Below, piece after piece: positions 41,859-52,061 of a stretch of DNA of 64,000 nt. A program made the translations under genes and the position numbers. The DNA lies in the IMG/VR virus record IMGVR_UViG_3300031963_000020, positions 84,341-148,340 of that record; one strand, given 5' to 3'. Position 1 is the stretch's first letter. Each line of letters opens with the position of its first letter. The DNA is from a virus. The notes beneath the pieces are model-generated. The model searched no databases, had not been told where the DNA came from, and saw only the letters and a list, made by a program, of their open reading frames with translations.

Positions 41859-42921
41859 TTTACAGAAAGTTTTTGAATCAATGAAGTTTGATGTCAGTAA
41901 GGAGGACACGAAGTATAATAGTCGTGTCCTCTTTATTGACGCACTCAATACGTTCTTACGTAGTTATGCAGCAATTCCAACACTTGATGATAATGGTAAT
42001 CATATTGGTGGTATGTCTGGATTTCTGAAAAGTGTTGGGTCTGTTGTTCGTGATTTCAAACCTTCTCGTGTTGTGATTGTATTTGACGGAAAGGGTGGGT
42101 CACAGCGTAGACGTAAAATCTATTCAGACTATAAATCAAATCGTAAGCCGCCGACTCGGTTAAATCGTCAGTACGATATGACAACCGAAGAGCAAGAAAC
42201 AGAAAATATGAAGTATCAGTTGGTGACACTTATTGAGATGTTAGAGTGTCTCCCTGTTACGATTTTCACAATGGATAATATTGAAGCAGACGATGTGATT
42301 GCATATGCATCGGAACTGATCACCGCACAAGGTGGAGAATCTATCATCTATTCTACAGATAAAGATTTCTTGCAAATGGTGACGGAAACTACAAAGGTCT
42401 ACAATCCCGTCAAGAAGAAAACATTTGATGTGCAGACGATTATAGAAACCTATGGGGTGCATCCTGATAACTTTGTATATTATCGGGCACTACTTGGTGA
42501 TAAGAGTGATAATATTGATGGTATCCGTGGGGCTGGTGAAAAGACGGTATTAAAGTTATTTCCAGAACTTGTAGATAATACAAATACAGTTGACTATAAT
42601 TTCATCGAACAAAAGTATACAGATGTAAAGAAGAAACCGAAATTAATTGAGAATATTTTAAGTAATAAAGATATAGTAGAAAGAAATATGCAACTCATGC
42701 AGTTACGAGATGTTAATATTTCAACAGATGCAAAAATGAAAATAGTTCATAAATTAGACATTGTTAAGACGGATTTACGCAAGATGGACTTGACAAAGTT
42801 GATGATTCGTAGTAAAGTTATATCTAACTTTCCGACTTACGATATGTGGCTTGCGTCCACATTTGTTCCACTAACGAGGTTCTCTAATGGTTCCGATAGT
42901 ATCAGCACCACAAAATTATGA
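41851..42921 (+). CDS. 5'-3' exonuclease / T4 RNase H-like flap nuclease
   Basis: IDALN, VFDG, YKSNR, EADDVIA, STDKDFLQ, GDKSDNIDGIRGAGEKT. Confidence 0.92.
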   Translation: MSDLQKVFESMKFDVSKEDTKYNSRVLFIDALNTFLRSYAAIPTLDDNGNHIGGMSGFLKSVGSVVRDFKPSRVVIVFDGKGGSQRRRKIYSDYKSNRKPPTRLNRQYDMTTEEQETENMKYQLVTLIEMLECLPVTIFTMDNIEADDVIAYASELITAQGGESIIYSTDKDFLQMVTETTKVYNPVKKKTFDVQTIIETYGVHPDNFVYYRALLGDKSDNIDGIRGAGEKTVLKLFPELVDNTNTVDYNFIEQKYTDVKKKPKLIENILSNKDIVERNMQLMQLRDVNISTDAKMKIVHKLDIVKTDLRKMDLTKLMIRSKVISNFPTYDMWLASTFVPLTRFSNGSDSISTTKL

Positions 42922-44293
42922 TACGAATGTAGATAATCTATCGAAGTATGGTATTGAGTTTCAAACAAAAGTATTATCGTCGATAATCTCTGCACCAGAT
43001 TTTTTGGAGCAGTCGTTTGATGTTATCAATCCATACTTCTTTGATAGTGATTCTGGTAGATGGATTGCGAAGAAAGCTCTATCCTTTTATAACGAATATC
43101 GCACACTACCAACACTTGAATATTTCAAGATTGAATTATCACAAGAAACCGACGATTCACTTCGTGCGGGAACTATTGAATTGCTTCGTAAGGTGGTCAC
43201 GAAGGTCACCGATACGGATGCAGAATATGTTCGTGATAAGTTTCTTGACTTTGCTCGTAATCAGTCATTAAAGTCGGCAATCATTAAATCGGTTGATTTA
43301 CTACAGAGTGGTGATTACGATAAGATTAAGACGGTTGTTGACCACGCACTTCGTAGTGGACAACCAAAGGAAATCGGTCTAAACTGGTCGGAAGATGTCG
43401 AGGCACGATTGGCTCGTATTTCTCGTGATACGGTTCCGACTGGTTGGGATGTAATTGATGCAATTACTGGTGGTGGATTGGGTGGTGGTGAACTTGGTGT
43501 CATCGCAGCTCCGTCTGGTATCGGTAAGAGTTGGGCATTGTCTACGATTGGTGCAAACGCACTACGTAAGGGAAAGCGAGTGGTACATTACACTCTTGAA
43601 CTTAACGAAAACTATGTTGGTATTCGGTATGATACTATCTTTACTGGTATTGAACCTGGAAAGATTCCTGATAATGTTGATGCCGTTAAAGATGTGGTGT
43701 CAAAGATTACTGGACAACTAATTATTAAATACTATCCTGCCAGAAGTGCAACGTGTAATTCACTTATGGCACACGTACAACAGTTGACAGCATTGGGATA
43801 CAAGCCCGATTTGATGTTGGTTGACTACGCAGACTTATTAAGAGCAGCAGAACGAGTAGATGCCCGTTATCAAGAATTGGGTGCAATCTACGAGGAACTT
43901 CGTGGCATCGCTGGGGAACTGAACATTCCATGTTGGACAGCATCGCAGACACAACGTAGTTCTATTCAAGATGACGTTATTCAGGCAGACAAGATTTCAG
44001 AATCATATAATAAGATTATGACTGCTGATTTAGTCATCTCGTTGAGCCGTAAGTTAGAAGATAAGGTCAATAAGACAGGACGTGCCCATATTATTAAGAA
44101 TAGATTTGGTGCAGATGGTCAAACATTTCCTGTCGTGATGGATACAAGTATCGGTCAGATACAAATTTACGATGAGAAATCATCAAAAGGTATTTTGTTG
44201 AAGAAACAGATGGAAAATCAAGTTGCAGATGAAAAGAATACACTCAGAAAAAAGTTGGCAGAGATGAGTGGATTAGAAAGTCTTGATGATTAA
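42887..44293 (+). CDS. Replicative DnaB-like helicase (T4 gp41-like)
   Basis: APSGIGKS, TLEL, VDYADLL, WTASQ, KNRFG. Confidence 0.9.
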   Translation: MVPIVSAPQNYDTNVDNLSKYGIEFQTKVLSSIISAPDFLEQSFDVINPYFFDSDSGRWIAKKALSFYNEYRTLPTLEYFKIELSQETDDSLRAGTIELLRKVVTKVTDTDAEYVRDKFLDFARNQSLKSAIIKSVDLLQSGDYDKIKTVVDHALRSGQPKEIGLNWSEDVEARLARISRDTVPTGWDVIDAITGGGLGGGELGVIAAPSGIGKSWALSTIGANALRKGKRVVHYTLELNENYVGIRYDTIFTGIEPGKIPDNVDAVKDVVSKITGQLIIKYYPARSATCNSLMAHVQQLTALGYKPDLMLVDYADLLRAAERVDARYQELGAIYEELRGIAGELNIPCWTASQTQRSSIQDDVIQADKISESYNKIMTADLVISLSRKLEDKVNKTGRAHIIKNRFGADGQTFPVVMDTSIGQIQIYDEKSSKGILLKKQMENQVADEKNTLRKKLAEMSGLESLDD

Positions 44294-44377
44294 CTAACAC
44301 ATAATTTTTTCCTAAACAAACACCCTATTTATTTTACCACAACCCATAACATTCAGAGTAGAGATTGGAGTATTCAA

Positions 44378-46228
44378 ATGCAGATTGAAGCAAAGATTTT
44401 AAGTGATATTACCGTATTTATGAAGTACGCAAAGTTTAATCCTACATTAAATCGTAGAGAAAATTGGAAAGAGTTAGTTGATAGAAATAAACAAATGCAT
44501 TTGGAAAAATATCCAAACCTAAAAGAAGAAATAGAGGCAGCATACAAATATGTATATGATAAGAAGATACTTCCTTCCATGCGCAGTTTGCAGTTTGCTG
44601 GGAAACCTATTGCCATTAACAACGCTCGTTTGTATAATTGCTGTTTTCTACCTATTGACCACGTGGACGCGTTCTCAGAAATCATGTTCCTCTTGTTGTC
44701 AGGCACAGGGGTCGGATACTCCGTACAAAGGCATCATGTAGAAAACTTACCTGAGATTAACAAGCCAACAAAGAATCGTCGTTATCTTGTTGGTGATAGT
44801 ATCGAAGGTTGGGCAGATGCGGTGAAGGTATTGATGACCGCATATATGAAGGGTAAGGCAATGCCAATTTATGATTTCACCGATGTTCGTCCAAAGGGTG
44901 CAATGCTCTTGACCTCTGGTGGAAAGGCACCTGGTCCTGAACCATTAAAGGATTGCTTACATAATGTGCAAAAGGTATTGGACAGAAAGCAAAATGGTGA
45001 ACACCTCACTACACTTGAAGTCCACGACATTCTTTGCTATATCGCTGATGCCGTGTTGGCAGGTGGTATTCGTCGGTCAGCAATGATTTCGTTGTTTGAT
45101 ATTGATGACGACGATATGTTGACCTGTAAGTTCGGTAACTGGTGGGAACAAAATGCACAACGTGGTCGTGCAAACAATTCAGCAGTCATTGTTCGTTCAA
45201 AGGTTGAAGCAGAAACATTCTTTGAATTATGGAAGAAAATTGAAGCATCGGGTTCTGGTGAACCTGGTTTCTTCTTTACCAATGATAAGGATTGGGGTAT
45301 GAACCCTTGTGCAGAAATTAGTCTCCGTCCGTTCCAATTCTGTAATCTCACCACCATTCATGCGGGTGATGTTGTAGACCAAGACGATTTGAACGCACGT
45401 GCTAAGGCAGCAGCATTTATCGGCACACTACAAGCAAGTTATACAGATTTTCATTATTTGAGAGACATATGGAAAAGAACAACAGAGAAGGAAGCACTCA
45501 TCGGAGTGTCGATGACTGGAATAGCATCGGGTGGAGTGTTAAAGCTCAACATGAAAGAGGCTGCAAATTTGGTGAAGGAAGAGAATGCACGTGTATCGTC
45601 TATAATTGGTACGATGCCAGCGGCCCGTTGCACGACCGTGAAGCCAGAGGGCACGTCATCTCTCGTTTTGGGTACGAGTAGTGGTATTCATGCTTGGCAT
45701 AACAAGCACTACATTCGTCGTATCCGTGTAGGTAAGAATGAAAGTATCTACGCATACTTGAAGAACAATCATCCAGAACTCGTCACTGACGAATACTTCA
45801 AGCCAAATATTCAAGCAGTTATTGAAGTTCCACAAAAGGCACCAGATGGAGCAATCACTCGTCAAGAAAGTGCATTAGACCTCCTCGGTCGCACCAGTAA
45901 GGTATGGAAGGAATGGGTCAAGACAGGTCACAGAAAGGGTGCAAATAAGAATAATGTATCCGTCACCGTATCTATCAAGGATGGTGAATGGCAAGAAGTT
46001 GGTGAATGGATGTGGGAAAATCGTGAGAACTTTACCGCACTTTCAGTTCTTCCATACTCAGACCACACATACATTCAAGCACCATTTGAAGATGTTGACG
46101 AAGAAACCTATAACGAATTGGTTGGTCATTTACACGAAATCAATCTTGATGATGTCGTAGAAGTTGAAGATGTCACCAATTTACAAGGTGAAGCCGCATG
46201 CTCGGCTGGTGGATGTGAGGTTCAATAA
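44378..46228 (+). CDS. nrdJ: Class II (adenosylcobalamin) ribonucleotide reductase
   Basis: PSMR, NCCF, GTGVG, RRSA, NPCAEI, TTVKPEGTSS, C-terminal ACSAGGCE; no beta subunit adjacent. Confidence 0.88.
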   Translation: MQIEAKILSDITVFMKYAKFNPTLNRRENWKELVDRNKQMHLEKYPNLKEEIEAAYKYVYDKKILPSMRSLQFAGKPIAINNARLYNCCFLPIDHVDAFSEIMFLLLSGTGVGYSVQRHHVENLPEINKPTKNRRYLVGDSIEGWADAVKVLMTAYMKGKAMPIYDFTDVRPKGAMLLTSGGKAPGPEPLKDCLHNVQKVLDRKQNGEHLTTLEVHDILCYIADAVLAGGIRRSAMISLFDIDDDDMLTCKFGNWWEQNAQRGRANNSAVIVRSKVEAETFFELWKKIEASGSGEPGFFFTNDKDWGMNPCAEISLRPFQFCNLTTIHAGDVVDQDDLNARAKAAAFIGTLQASYTDFHYLRDIWKRTTEKEALIGVSMTGIASGGVLKLNMKEAANLVKEENARVSSIIGTMPAARCTTVKPEGTSSLVLGTSSGIHAWHNKHYIRRIRVGKNESIYAYLKNNHPELVTDEYFKPNIQAVIEVPQKAPDGAITRQESALDLLGRTSKVWKEWVKTGHRKGANKNNVSVTVSIKDGEWQEVGEWMWENRENFTALSVLPYSDHTYIQAPFEDVDEETYNELVGHLHEINLDDVVEVEDVTNLQGEAACSAGGCEVQ

Positions 46229-46545
46229 TGTTGAACAAGATTGACACGATTGAACAGTTAAAAGAAGTGGTTCATCACAACGATATTGCAGTGGTGGATT
46301 TATACGCAACGTGGTGCAAACCATGCCAAGAAATGCTTCCAGTTATCGAAGAACTTTCCAATCAAACATCAGTTCCTTTTTACAAGGTAGATATTGATGA
46401 AGTTCCAGATGCAAAGACATTTACTGGAGCAAAGGCTGTTCCAATGTTATACATCTACAAAGACGGACGAATTCGTGAATTTGCATTTGGTGTAAATGAC
46501 AAGTCCAAGATTGAAATGAAACTTAAAAGGGTTATGAGGGCATAA
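46228..46545 (+). CDS. trxA: Thioredoxin
   Basis: YATWCKPC, cis-Pro AVP. Confidence 0.9.
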   Translation: MLNKIDTIEQLKEVVHHNDIAVVDLYATWCKPCQEMLPVIEELSNQTSVPFYKVDIDEVPDAKTFTGAKAVPMLYIYKDGRIREFAFGVNDKSKIEMKLKRVMRA

Positions 46546-46964
46546 TGAAGGTTAAGAAATTATTTGATAATGCGACATTACCAACCAAGGCACACGCTGG
46601 TGATTTAGGATACGATTTATATGCTCAGGCGCAGATGGTTATCTATCCTGGAGATGTAGGATTAGTCCCTACAGGTATTTCCGTACAATTCCCAGAAGGT
46701 TACGGAGCATTACTTCGTGACCGTTCTTCGGTGGCTACAAAACAATACTTATTTGTAGTGGCTGGTGTAATTGACAATGGTTATACTGGTGAAATTAAAA
46801 TAGCTTTATATAATGGTGGTCGGGATGTCGCCAAGATTCAAGAAGGTACAAAAATTGCACAAATGATTTTGGTTCCAACGGTCAATTTTGAAATAGAAGA
46901 AGTTTCAGAAACCACATCAGTAGATGGAAGGGGGAGCAATGGATTCGGTTCAACAGGCAACTGA
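46545..46964 (+). CDS. dut: Trimeric dUTPase
   Basis: GYDL, RSS, GVIDNGYTGEI, AQMI, RGSNGFGSTG. Confidence 0.95.
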   Translation: MKVKKLFDNATLPTKAHAGDLGYDLYAQAQMVIYPGDVGLVPTGISVQFPEGYGALLRDRSSVATKQYLFVVAGVIDNGYTGEIKIALYNGGRDVAKIQEGTKIAQMILVPTVNFEIEEVSETTSVDGRGSNGFGSTGN

Positions 46965-47289
46965 TTTTAATATTACCTTTACCAAAGCAGCACTTGGGGA
47001 AATGAAGAAGTTTGCAGAAGTAGAAAATGCAAACTACTTCCGTATCTCAGTATTACCAGGTGGATGTTCTGGTTTTAAGTATGATTTTAACTTAGTCGAT
47101 AATCCAGAAGAAGATGATATTGTGATTGAACAAGAAAATGGATTGAAGGTCATTGTAGATCCTTTCTCAACATCATATCTCAATGGAACATTGGTGCATT
47201 ATGTAATGTCAATGCAAGCTTCTGGATTTACATTTAATAATCCAAACTCAACAGCAAAGTGTGGATGCGGAAGTAGTTTCGCAGCATAA
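46939..47289 (+). CDS. iscA: A-type Fe-S cluster carrier (IscA/HesB family)
   Basis: GGCSGFKY ... NPN...CGCGSSF; GGAG SD before ATG 46939. Confidence 0.92.
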   Translation: MDSVQQATDFNITFTKAALGEMKKFAEVENANYFRISVLPGGCSGFKYDFNLVDNPEEDDIVIEQENGLKVIVDPFSTSYLNGTLVHYVMSMQASGFTFNNPNSTAKCGCGSSFAA

Positions 47290-47298
47290 GGAGACGTT

Positions 47299-47865
47299 AT
47301 GACAAAAAAGGTTGTGAACTGGTTATTTCAGGTACCCGTAGGAATCTATGACCTATCGTATCTTGTAACAGAAGATATCAATAAAACATTACAAGGTATC
47401 GGGTACACTGAAAATGATTTAGTTGACGGTATTCGTGGTAATCAAGACCCAAGTAAAATGCCAGAACTAAAACACTTGTATACAGAATTCCAAAAGTATG
47501 TTGACGATTATTCAGCAGAAATAGGTATTCAAACAAGTTACATTTATGAAAGTTGGATGAATATTCTAACTATGAATGGTTCTGTTGGTGTTCATCGTCA
47601 TTATGAAAGTGTAATCAGCGCAGCATACTATCCATATGTTGATGAAGGAAGTGCACCAATTGTATTTGTTAGTGCAACGGAAGGATATAGAATGTTGGAT
47701 GTGCAACACACCGCACCCAACGCTCCTGGAAAATATACGTCAAATGTAGAAAGAGTAGAAGCAAAGACTGGACAATTAGTATTATTCCCAGGGTGGTTAC
47801 AACATTATGTTCCACCCAATAAGACTAATATGAGAATTACCTTAAGCTTCAACACCAAATACTAA
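47299..47865 (+). CDS. Putative 2OG-Fe(II) oxygenase (TIGR02466-like)
   Basis: SWMN...HRH..S.ISAAYY...LVLFPGWLQHYV..N...RITLSFN. Confidence 0.8.
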   Translation: MTKKVVNWLFQVPVGIYDLSYLVTEDINKTLQGIGYTENDLVDGIRGNQDPSKMPELKHLYTEFQKYVDDYSAEIGIQTSYIYESWMNILTMNGSVGVHRHYESVISAAYYPYVDEGSAPIVFVSATEGYRMLDVQHTAPNAPGKYTSNVERVEAKTGQLVLFPGWLQHYVPPNKTNMRITLSFNTKY

Positions 47866-47887
47866 TATATGACCCTTTTGATTACGT

Positions 47888-48274
47888 ATGGCTCGTAAAA
47901 AACAAGAGAAACGAGTAATAGGTAACAAAATTGAGAAAACGGTTTCGACAATACTAACGAGATTGAATCTTCCATTCGAAGAACAAGTCTCGGTAGACAA
48001 ATATACCGTTGACTTTTTGGTAAATAAGAAGTATATTGTTGAATGTTATGGTGACTTCTGGCACTGTAATCCACAGCAATATACTTCTTCGTATTTTAAT
48101 CGTGGAAAGAAGAAAACCGCAGAAGAAATTTGGCAAAGAGATACGGAACGTAAGAAAAAATTTGAAGAAATGGGATACAAGTTTTTATGTTTGTGGGAAA
48201 ATGACATACGGAACAACCCAAAGATTATTCAGTCAAAAATAAAAAAACATATTAGATTAAATGAGGGGTTATGA
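47888..48274 (+). CDS. Vsr/DUF559-like endonuclease
   Basis: VDF...VECYGDFWH...RD......GYKFLCLWE. Confidence 0.75.
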   Translation: MARKKQEKRVIGNKIEKTVSTILTRLNLPFEEQVSVDKYTVDFLVNKKYIVECYGDFWHCNPQQYTSSYFNRGKKKTAEEIWQRDTERKKKFEEMGYKFLCLWENDIRNNPKIIQSKIKKHIRLNEGL

Positions 48275-48705
48275 GAATTTTGTTATTTGGATTACCTGGT
48301 TCTGGAAAGACTACATTAGCAGAAAAGTTAGTGAAACTTCTCCCCAACGCAGGACATTTAAACGCAGACGCGGTTCGTAAAGCATTCGAAGATTGGGATT
48401 TTAGTCCCGCAGGTCGAGCACGACAAGCTCTTCGTATGCGAACAATGTCTGATAATTTACTAGAACAAGAAAGTGTAGAATATGTGGTCGCAGATTTCGT
48501 GGCTCCAACTCGTGAGTTACGTGCAATCTACGAACCACATTTCTGTGTTTGGATGGATACTATCGTAGAAGGACGCTTTGAAGATACGAACAAGGCGTGG
48601 CAAGTCCCACAAGAGGACGAATATAATATTCGTATCACAGAATTTAACTCAGACGTAGAGGCAGAAAAATTATGCAATTTAATTCTAAAGCAACCACGGG
48701 ATTGA
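48271..48705 (+). CDS. cysC: Adenylylsulfate kinase-like P-loop kinase
   Basis: GLPGSGKTT, NADAVR, DFSPAGRARQA.R, DFVAP. Confidence 0.7.
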   Translation: MRILLFGLPGSGKTTLAEKLVKLLPNAGHLNADAVRKAFEDWDFSPAGRARQALRMRTMSDNLLEQESVEYVVADFVAPTRELRAIYEPHFCVWMDTIVEGRFEDTNKAWQVPQEDEYNIRITEFNSDVEAEKLCNLILKQPRD

Positions 48706-49028
48706 TGATTGGACGCTTTCAACCGTGGCATAAGGGACACCGAACACTTTTTGAGAAGATTCTTGAAAAGGAAGGTCAGGTTTGTATTGTGGTGCGTGAC
48801 ACGCAGGGAACAAGTGATAAAGACCCTCTTGATGCCGAAACTGTGGTCACTAACATCCATCACGACTTGGAAGAAGATTATCACGGGAAGTATACGATAC
48901 ACGTGTTACCAAACATCACAGGTGTATATTATGGGCGTGATGTGGGTTACAAGGTCGAACAACTCAAACTGGATGACGAAATCGAAGCTATTAGCGCCAC
49001 AAAGATTCGTAAGGAAATGGGGTTGTAA
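48672..49028 (+). CDS. HIGH-family nucleotidylyltransferase (cytidylyltransferase-like)
   Basis: GRFQPWHKGH, YGRDVGY, ISATKIR. Confidence 0.8.
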   Translation: MQFNSKATTGLMIGRFQPWHKGHRTLFEKILEKEGQVCIVVRDTQGTSDKDPLDAETVVTNIHHDLEEDYHGKYTIHVLPNITGVYYGRDVGYKVEQLKLDDEIEAISATKIRKEMGL

Positions 49029-49243
49029 TGGTCCATGTAAAACGCCATATTGCGAAGGCTATATCCTACAGGTTCCTAGGAAGCGTTCAAACAGTAATGA
49101 TAGGATACATACTCACAGGTAGTATTTATATCTCATCTATTGCTGGTGTAGTTGAGTTAGTGGTGAAACCAATAATATATTTTATTCACGAACGTATTTG
49201 GTATAAATACATTAAGTTTGGAGTTGACAAACACGAGGACTAA
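49028..49243 (+). CDS. DUF2061-like small membrane protein
   Basis: RHIAKAISYR...YFIHERIW. Confidence 0.75.
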   Translation: MVHVKRHIAKAISYRFLGSVQTVMIGYILTGSIYISSIAGVVELVVKPIIYFIHERIWYKYIKFGVDKHED

Positions 49244-49252
49244 GGTTATATT
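49224..49252 (+). promoter_or_regulatory. Sigma70-type promoter TTGACA-N17-TATATT upstream of the PolB region
   Basis: Exact consensus match. Confidence 0.6.
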
Positions 49253-49255
49253 TCT

Positions 49256-49552
49256 ATGAGATTGCTGTGGGTATTTATCTTTCAAGTATTATTCAATATT
49301 TTCAAGGTGTTGGAAATACGATTTACGTTACAACATAATGTTCGTAAGTTGTTGGTCAACTCTGTATGGATAAATTTGATGGCTCTTGGGTCAACATTCT
49401 TTTCCGTTGATGAACTCTTGAAAGGAAACTTCTGGGTCATTATATTCTATATCTCTGGAAGTGTGGTTGGTAAATACATCGGCATGAACTTAGAAATAAC
49501 ACCAAAGAAGAAAAACAAACGAGGTTTTCGTGTATCAGAATATTTTTATTGA
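49256..49552 (+). CDS. Small membrane protein
   Basis: Three hydrophobic segments, GSVVGKYIGM. Confidence 0.55.
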   Translation: MRLLWVFIFQVLFNIFKVLEIRFTLQHNVRKLLVNSVWINLMALGSTFFSVDELLKGNFWVIIFYISGSVVGKYIGMNLEITPKKKNKRGFRVSEYFY

Positions 49553-52052
49553 AGATGGTGAAGGTCGTGGTATAGTGCATCTCTGGGATGACCAGAACGG
49601 CTATACCACTTTGCCGTTTTCGCAGTTTGATTACGCATATAAGGCTGACCGCAATGGGTCGAAGTTAAGTATGACGGGTGTTCGGGTCAGCAAGACGAAG
49701 ATGTATAAGTGGGATGACCCCACCCTATTTGAAAGTGATGTCCCTCGTGAAACTCGTGTGTTAACCGATTTATATTTGGAAGAGGATAATCCATCCGCAG
49801 GACACAAGGTTATTTTCTTTGACATCGAAGTGTCAATGGAAAATGGCATTCCTAATATCGAAAACCCCAACAACGAAGTCACTGCTATTACTCTTTACGA
49901 TAATATCACCAAGGAGTATAATGTCCTTGTACTCGACAAGTCGGGGAAGCGGGAAGATTTCGTCAAGGGTGATACCAACACATTCTTTTTCAAGGACGAG
50001 GTAGACTTACTCTATAAGTTTATTGATGTGTATGAAACTATTGGTCCCACAATTATCACGGGATGGAATAGTGATTACTTCGACGTGCCGTATCTCTACA
50101 ACCGATTGAAGCAGCAGTGTGGAAATGGGATTGCCAACCGACTCTCTCCAATCGGGAAGTTGAAGTATTCCAAGTTCCGTAAGAAGTGGATGATTGCGGG
50201 GGTGTCATCCCTTGATTATCTTGACCTTTATAAGAAGTTTACCTACGGACAACAGCAGAACTATCGTCTTGATACGATTGGTCGTATTGAGGTTGATATG
50301 GGTAAGATTGAATACGAAGGGTCGTTGGATGAACTTTTCAGAACTGATTTAGAGAAGTTTATTGAATATAACGTGCGAGACGTGCGTATCATCGTAGAAA
50401 TCGACAAGAAGATGAAGTTGATTGAGTTAGTCCGTGGTATCTGTCACGTGGGTCACGTGCAATACGAAGATTATTGTTATAGTTCGAAGTTCTTGGAAGG
50501 GACGATTATTACTTACCTTCACCGCAAGGGATTGGTGGTCAGTAATAAACCTGCCGATGGTCGGCAGTTGATGAATGAACGAGTAGAGAACGATGACGAA
50601 GGGTTTGCTGGTGCATATGTGAAACCTCCTGTTCCTGGATTGTATGATTGGGTGTATTCACTCGACTTGCAATCTCTTTATCCGTCTATTATTATGTCCC
50701 TCAACATCTCACCAGAAACCAAGCGTGGGTTCATTACGAACTGGGATGTGGAAAAGCATCGCAAGGGTGAGATTGATACCTATCTTATTCGTGAGAAGGA
50801 TACCGATACGATTGTCAAACTTCCAAGAGAGAACTTTATCCAGTTTATGGAAAAGGCAAATCTCTATGTGAGTTCAAACGGGGTAATGTATGATAGTAGT
50901 AAGACTGGTATCATTCCAGAAGTGCTCGACAAGTGGTTCGCAGAGCGTGTTGAGTTTAAGAACTTGATGAAGAAGTATAAGAATGAAGGGAATACGGAGT
51001 TGGCTGAGTTCTATGATAGACGCCAGCATATTCAGAAGATTTTCTTGAACTCACTTTATGGTGTGTTGGGACTTCCTATCTTCCGTTTCTTTGATATTGA
51101 CAACGCTCTTGCGGTCACGGCAACGGGTCAAGATGTGATTAAGAATAGTGCCGACTTTGCCAACAAGTTGTATAACGATAAGTTAAACGACAACAACGAT
51201 TATTGTATCTATATCGATACTGACTCGTTGTATTTCTCGTCGAAGGCATTACTTCCAGAGAACGTTGACCCAAAGGACTTCACGATTAAACTGGCTCGTG
51301 CGGTCGAAAAGAAGTTGAATGATTATTACAATGTGATGTCGAAGGAACTCTTCTTCTGTGATAAGCATCGTCTTTACATCAAGGGTGAGTCAGTTGCAAG
51401 TAAAGGATTGTGGATTGCAAAGAAGCGATATGCGATGAACGCGGTCTATGATTTGGAATCCAATATTGACATCGATAATAAAATCAAGATTAAGGGTCTT
51501 GACGTTGTTCGTTCAACCTTCCCACCCGCATTCCGTGCATTTATGAACGGGGTCTTGAAGGATGTCTTGGGTGGTATTGGTAAAACCGATATGGATAAAA
51601 AGGTATTAGAGTTCCGTGAGAAGTTAAACGATGAACCCTATCTCAATGTCGCACGAAACACTTCTGTCAAGAATATTAGTGAATACGAAAAGGGAACAGG
51701 AAAGCAACTCAACGAGTTTAAGAAGGGCACCCCTGCGCACGTGAAGGCATGTATCAGTTATAACAAACTCCTTCACCACTTCAAGATACAGAACAAGTAT
51801 GAGAAGATTAGTGATGGCGAGAAAATTAAGTATGTGTATCTCACGAACAACCCGTGGAACCTTGAAACTATCGCGGTGAAAGGTTATAATGATCCAAAGG
51901 AAATCACGGATATTGCGGAACAATATATTGACTACGAAGCATTGTTTGTAAACGAGTTAAAGAAGAAGTTGGAAGATTTTTATAGTGCGATGAATTGGGG
52001 ATTACTCCCTACTGATGTTAATCAAAAAGCAGAAGAATTCTTTTCTTTTTAA
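49530..52052 (+). CDS. Family B DNA polymerase (T4 gp43-like)
   Basis: Exo FDIE, GWN...FD, YN..D; pol DLQSLYPS, KIFLNSLYG, YIDTDS, KKRY. Confidence 0.97.
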   Translation: MYQNIFIEDGEGRGIVHLWDDQNGYTTLPFSQFDYAYKADRNGSKLSMTGVRVSKTKMYKWDDPTLFESDVPRETRVLTDLYLEEDNPSAGHKVIFFDIEVSMENGIPNIENPNNEVTAITLYDNITKEYNVLVLDKSGKREDFVKGDTNTFFFKDEVDLLYKFIDVYETIGPTIITGWNSDYFDVPYLYNRLKQQCGNGIANRLSPIGKLKYSKFRKKWMIAGVSSLDYLDLYKKFTYGQQQNYRLDTIGRIEVDMGKIEYEGSLDELFRTDLEKFIEYNVRDVRIIVEIDKKMKLIELVRGICHVGHVQYEDYCYSSKFLEGTIITYLHRKGLVVSNKPADGRQLMNERVENDDEGFAGAYVKPPVPGLYDWVYSLDLQSLYPSIIMSLNISPETKRGFITNWDVEKHRKGEIDTYLIREKDTDTIVKLPRENFIQFMEKANLYVSSNGVMYDSSKTGIIPEVLDKWFAERVEFKNLMKKYKNEGNTELAEFYDRRQHIQKIFLNSLYGVLGLPIFRFFDIDNALAVTATGQDVIKNSADFANKLYNDKLNDNNDYCIYIDTDSLYFSSKALLPENVDPKDFTIKLARAVEKKLNDYYNVMSKELFFCDKHRLYIKGESVASKGLWIAKKRYAMNAVYDLESNIDIDNKIKIKGLDVVRSTFPPAFRAFMNGVLKDVLGGIGKTDMDKKVLEFREKLNDEPYLNVARNTSVKNISEYEKGTGKQLNEFKKGTPAHVKACISYNKLLHHFKIQNKYEKISDGEKIKYVYLTNNPWNLETIAVKGYNDPKEITDIAEQYIDYEALFVNELKKKLEDFYSAMNWGLLPTDVNQKAEEFFSF

Positions 52053-52061
52053 GAGGTTATT

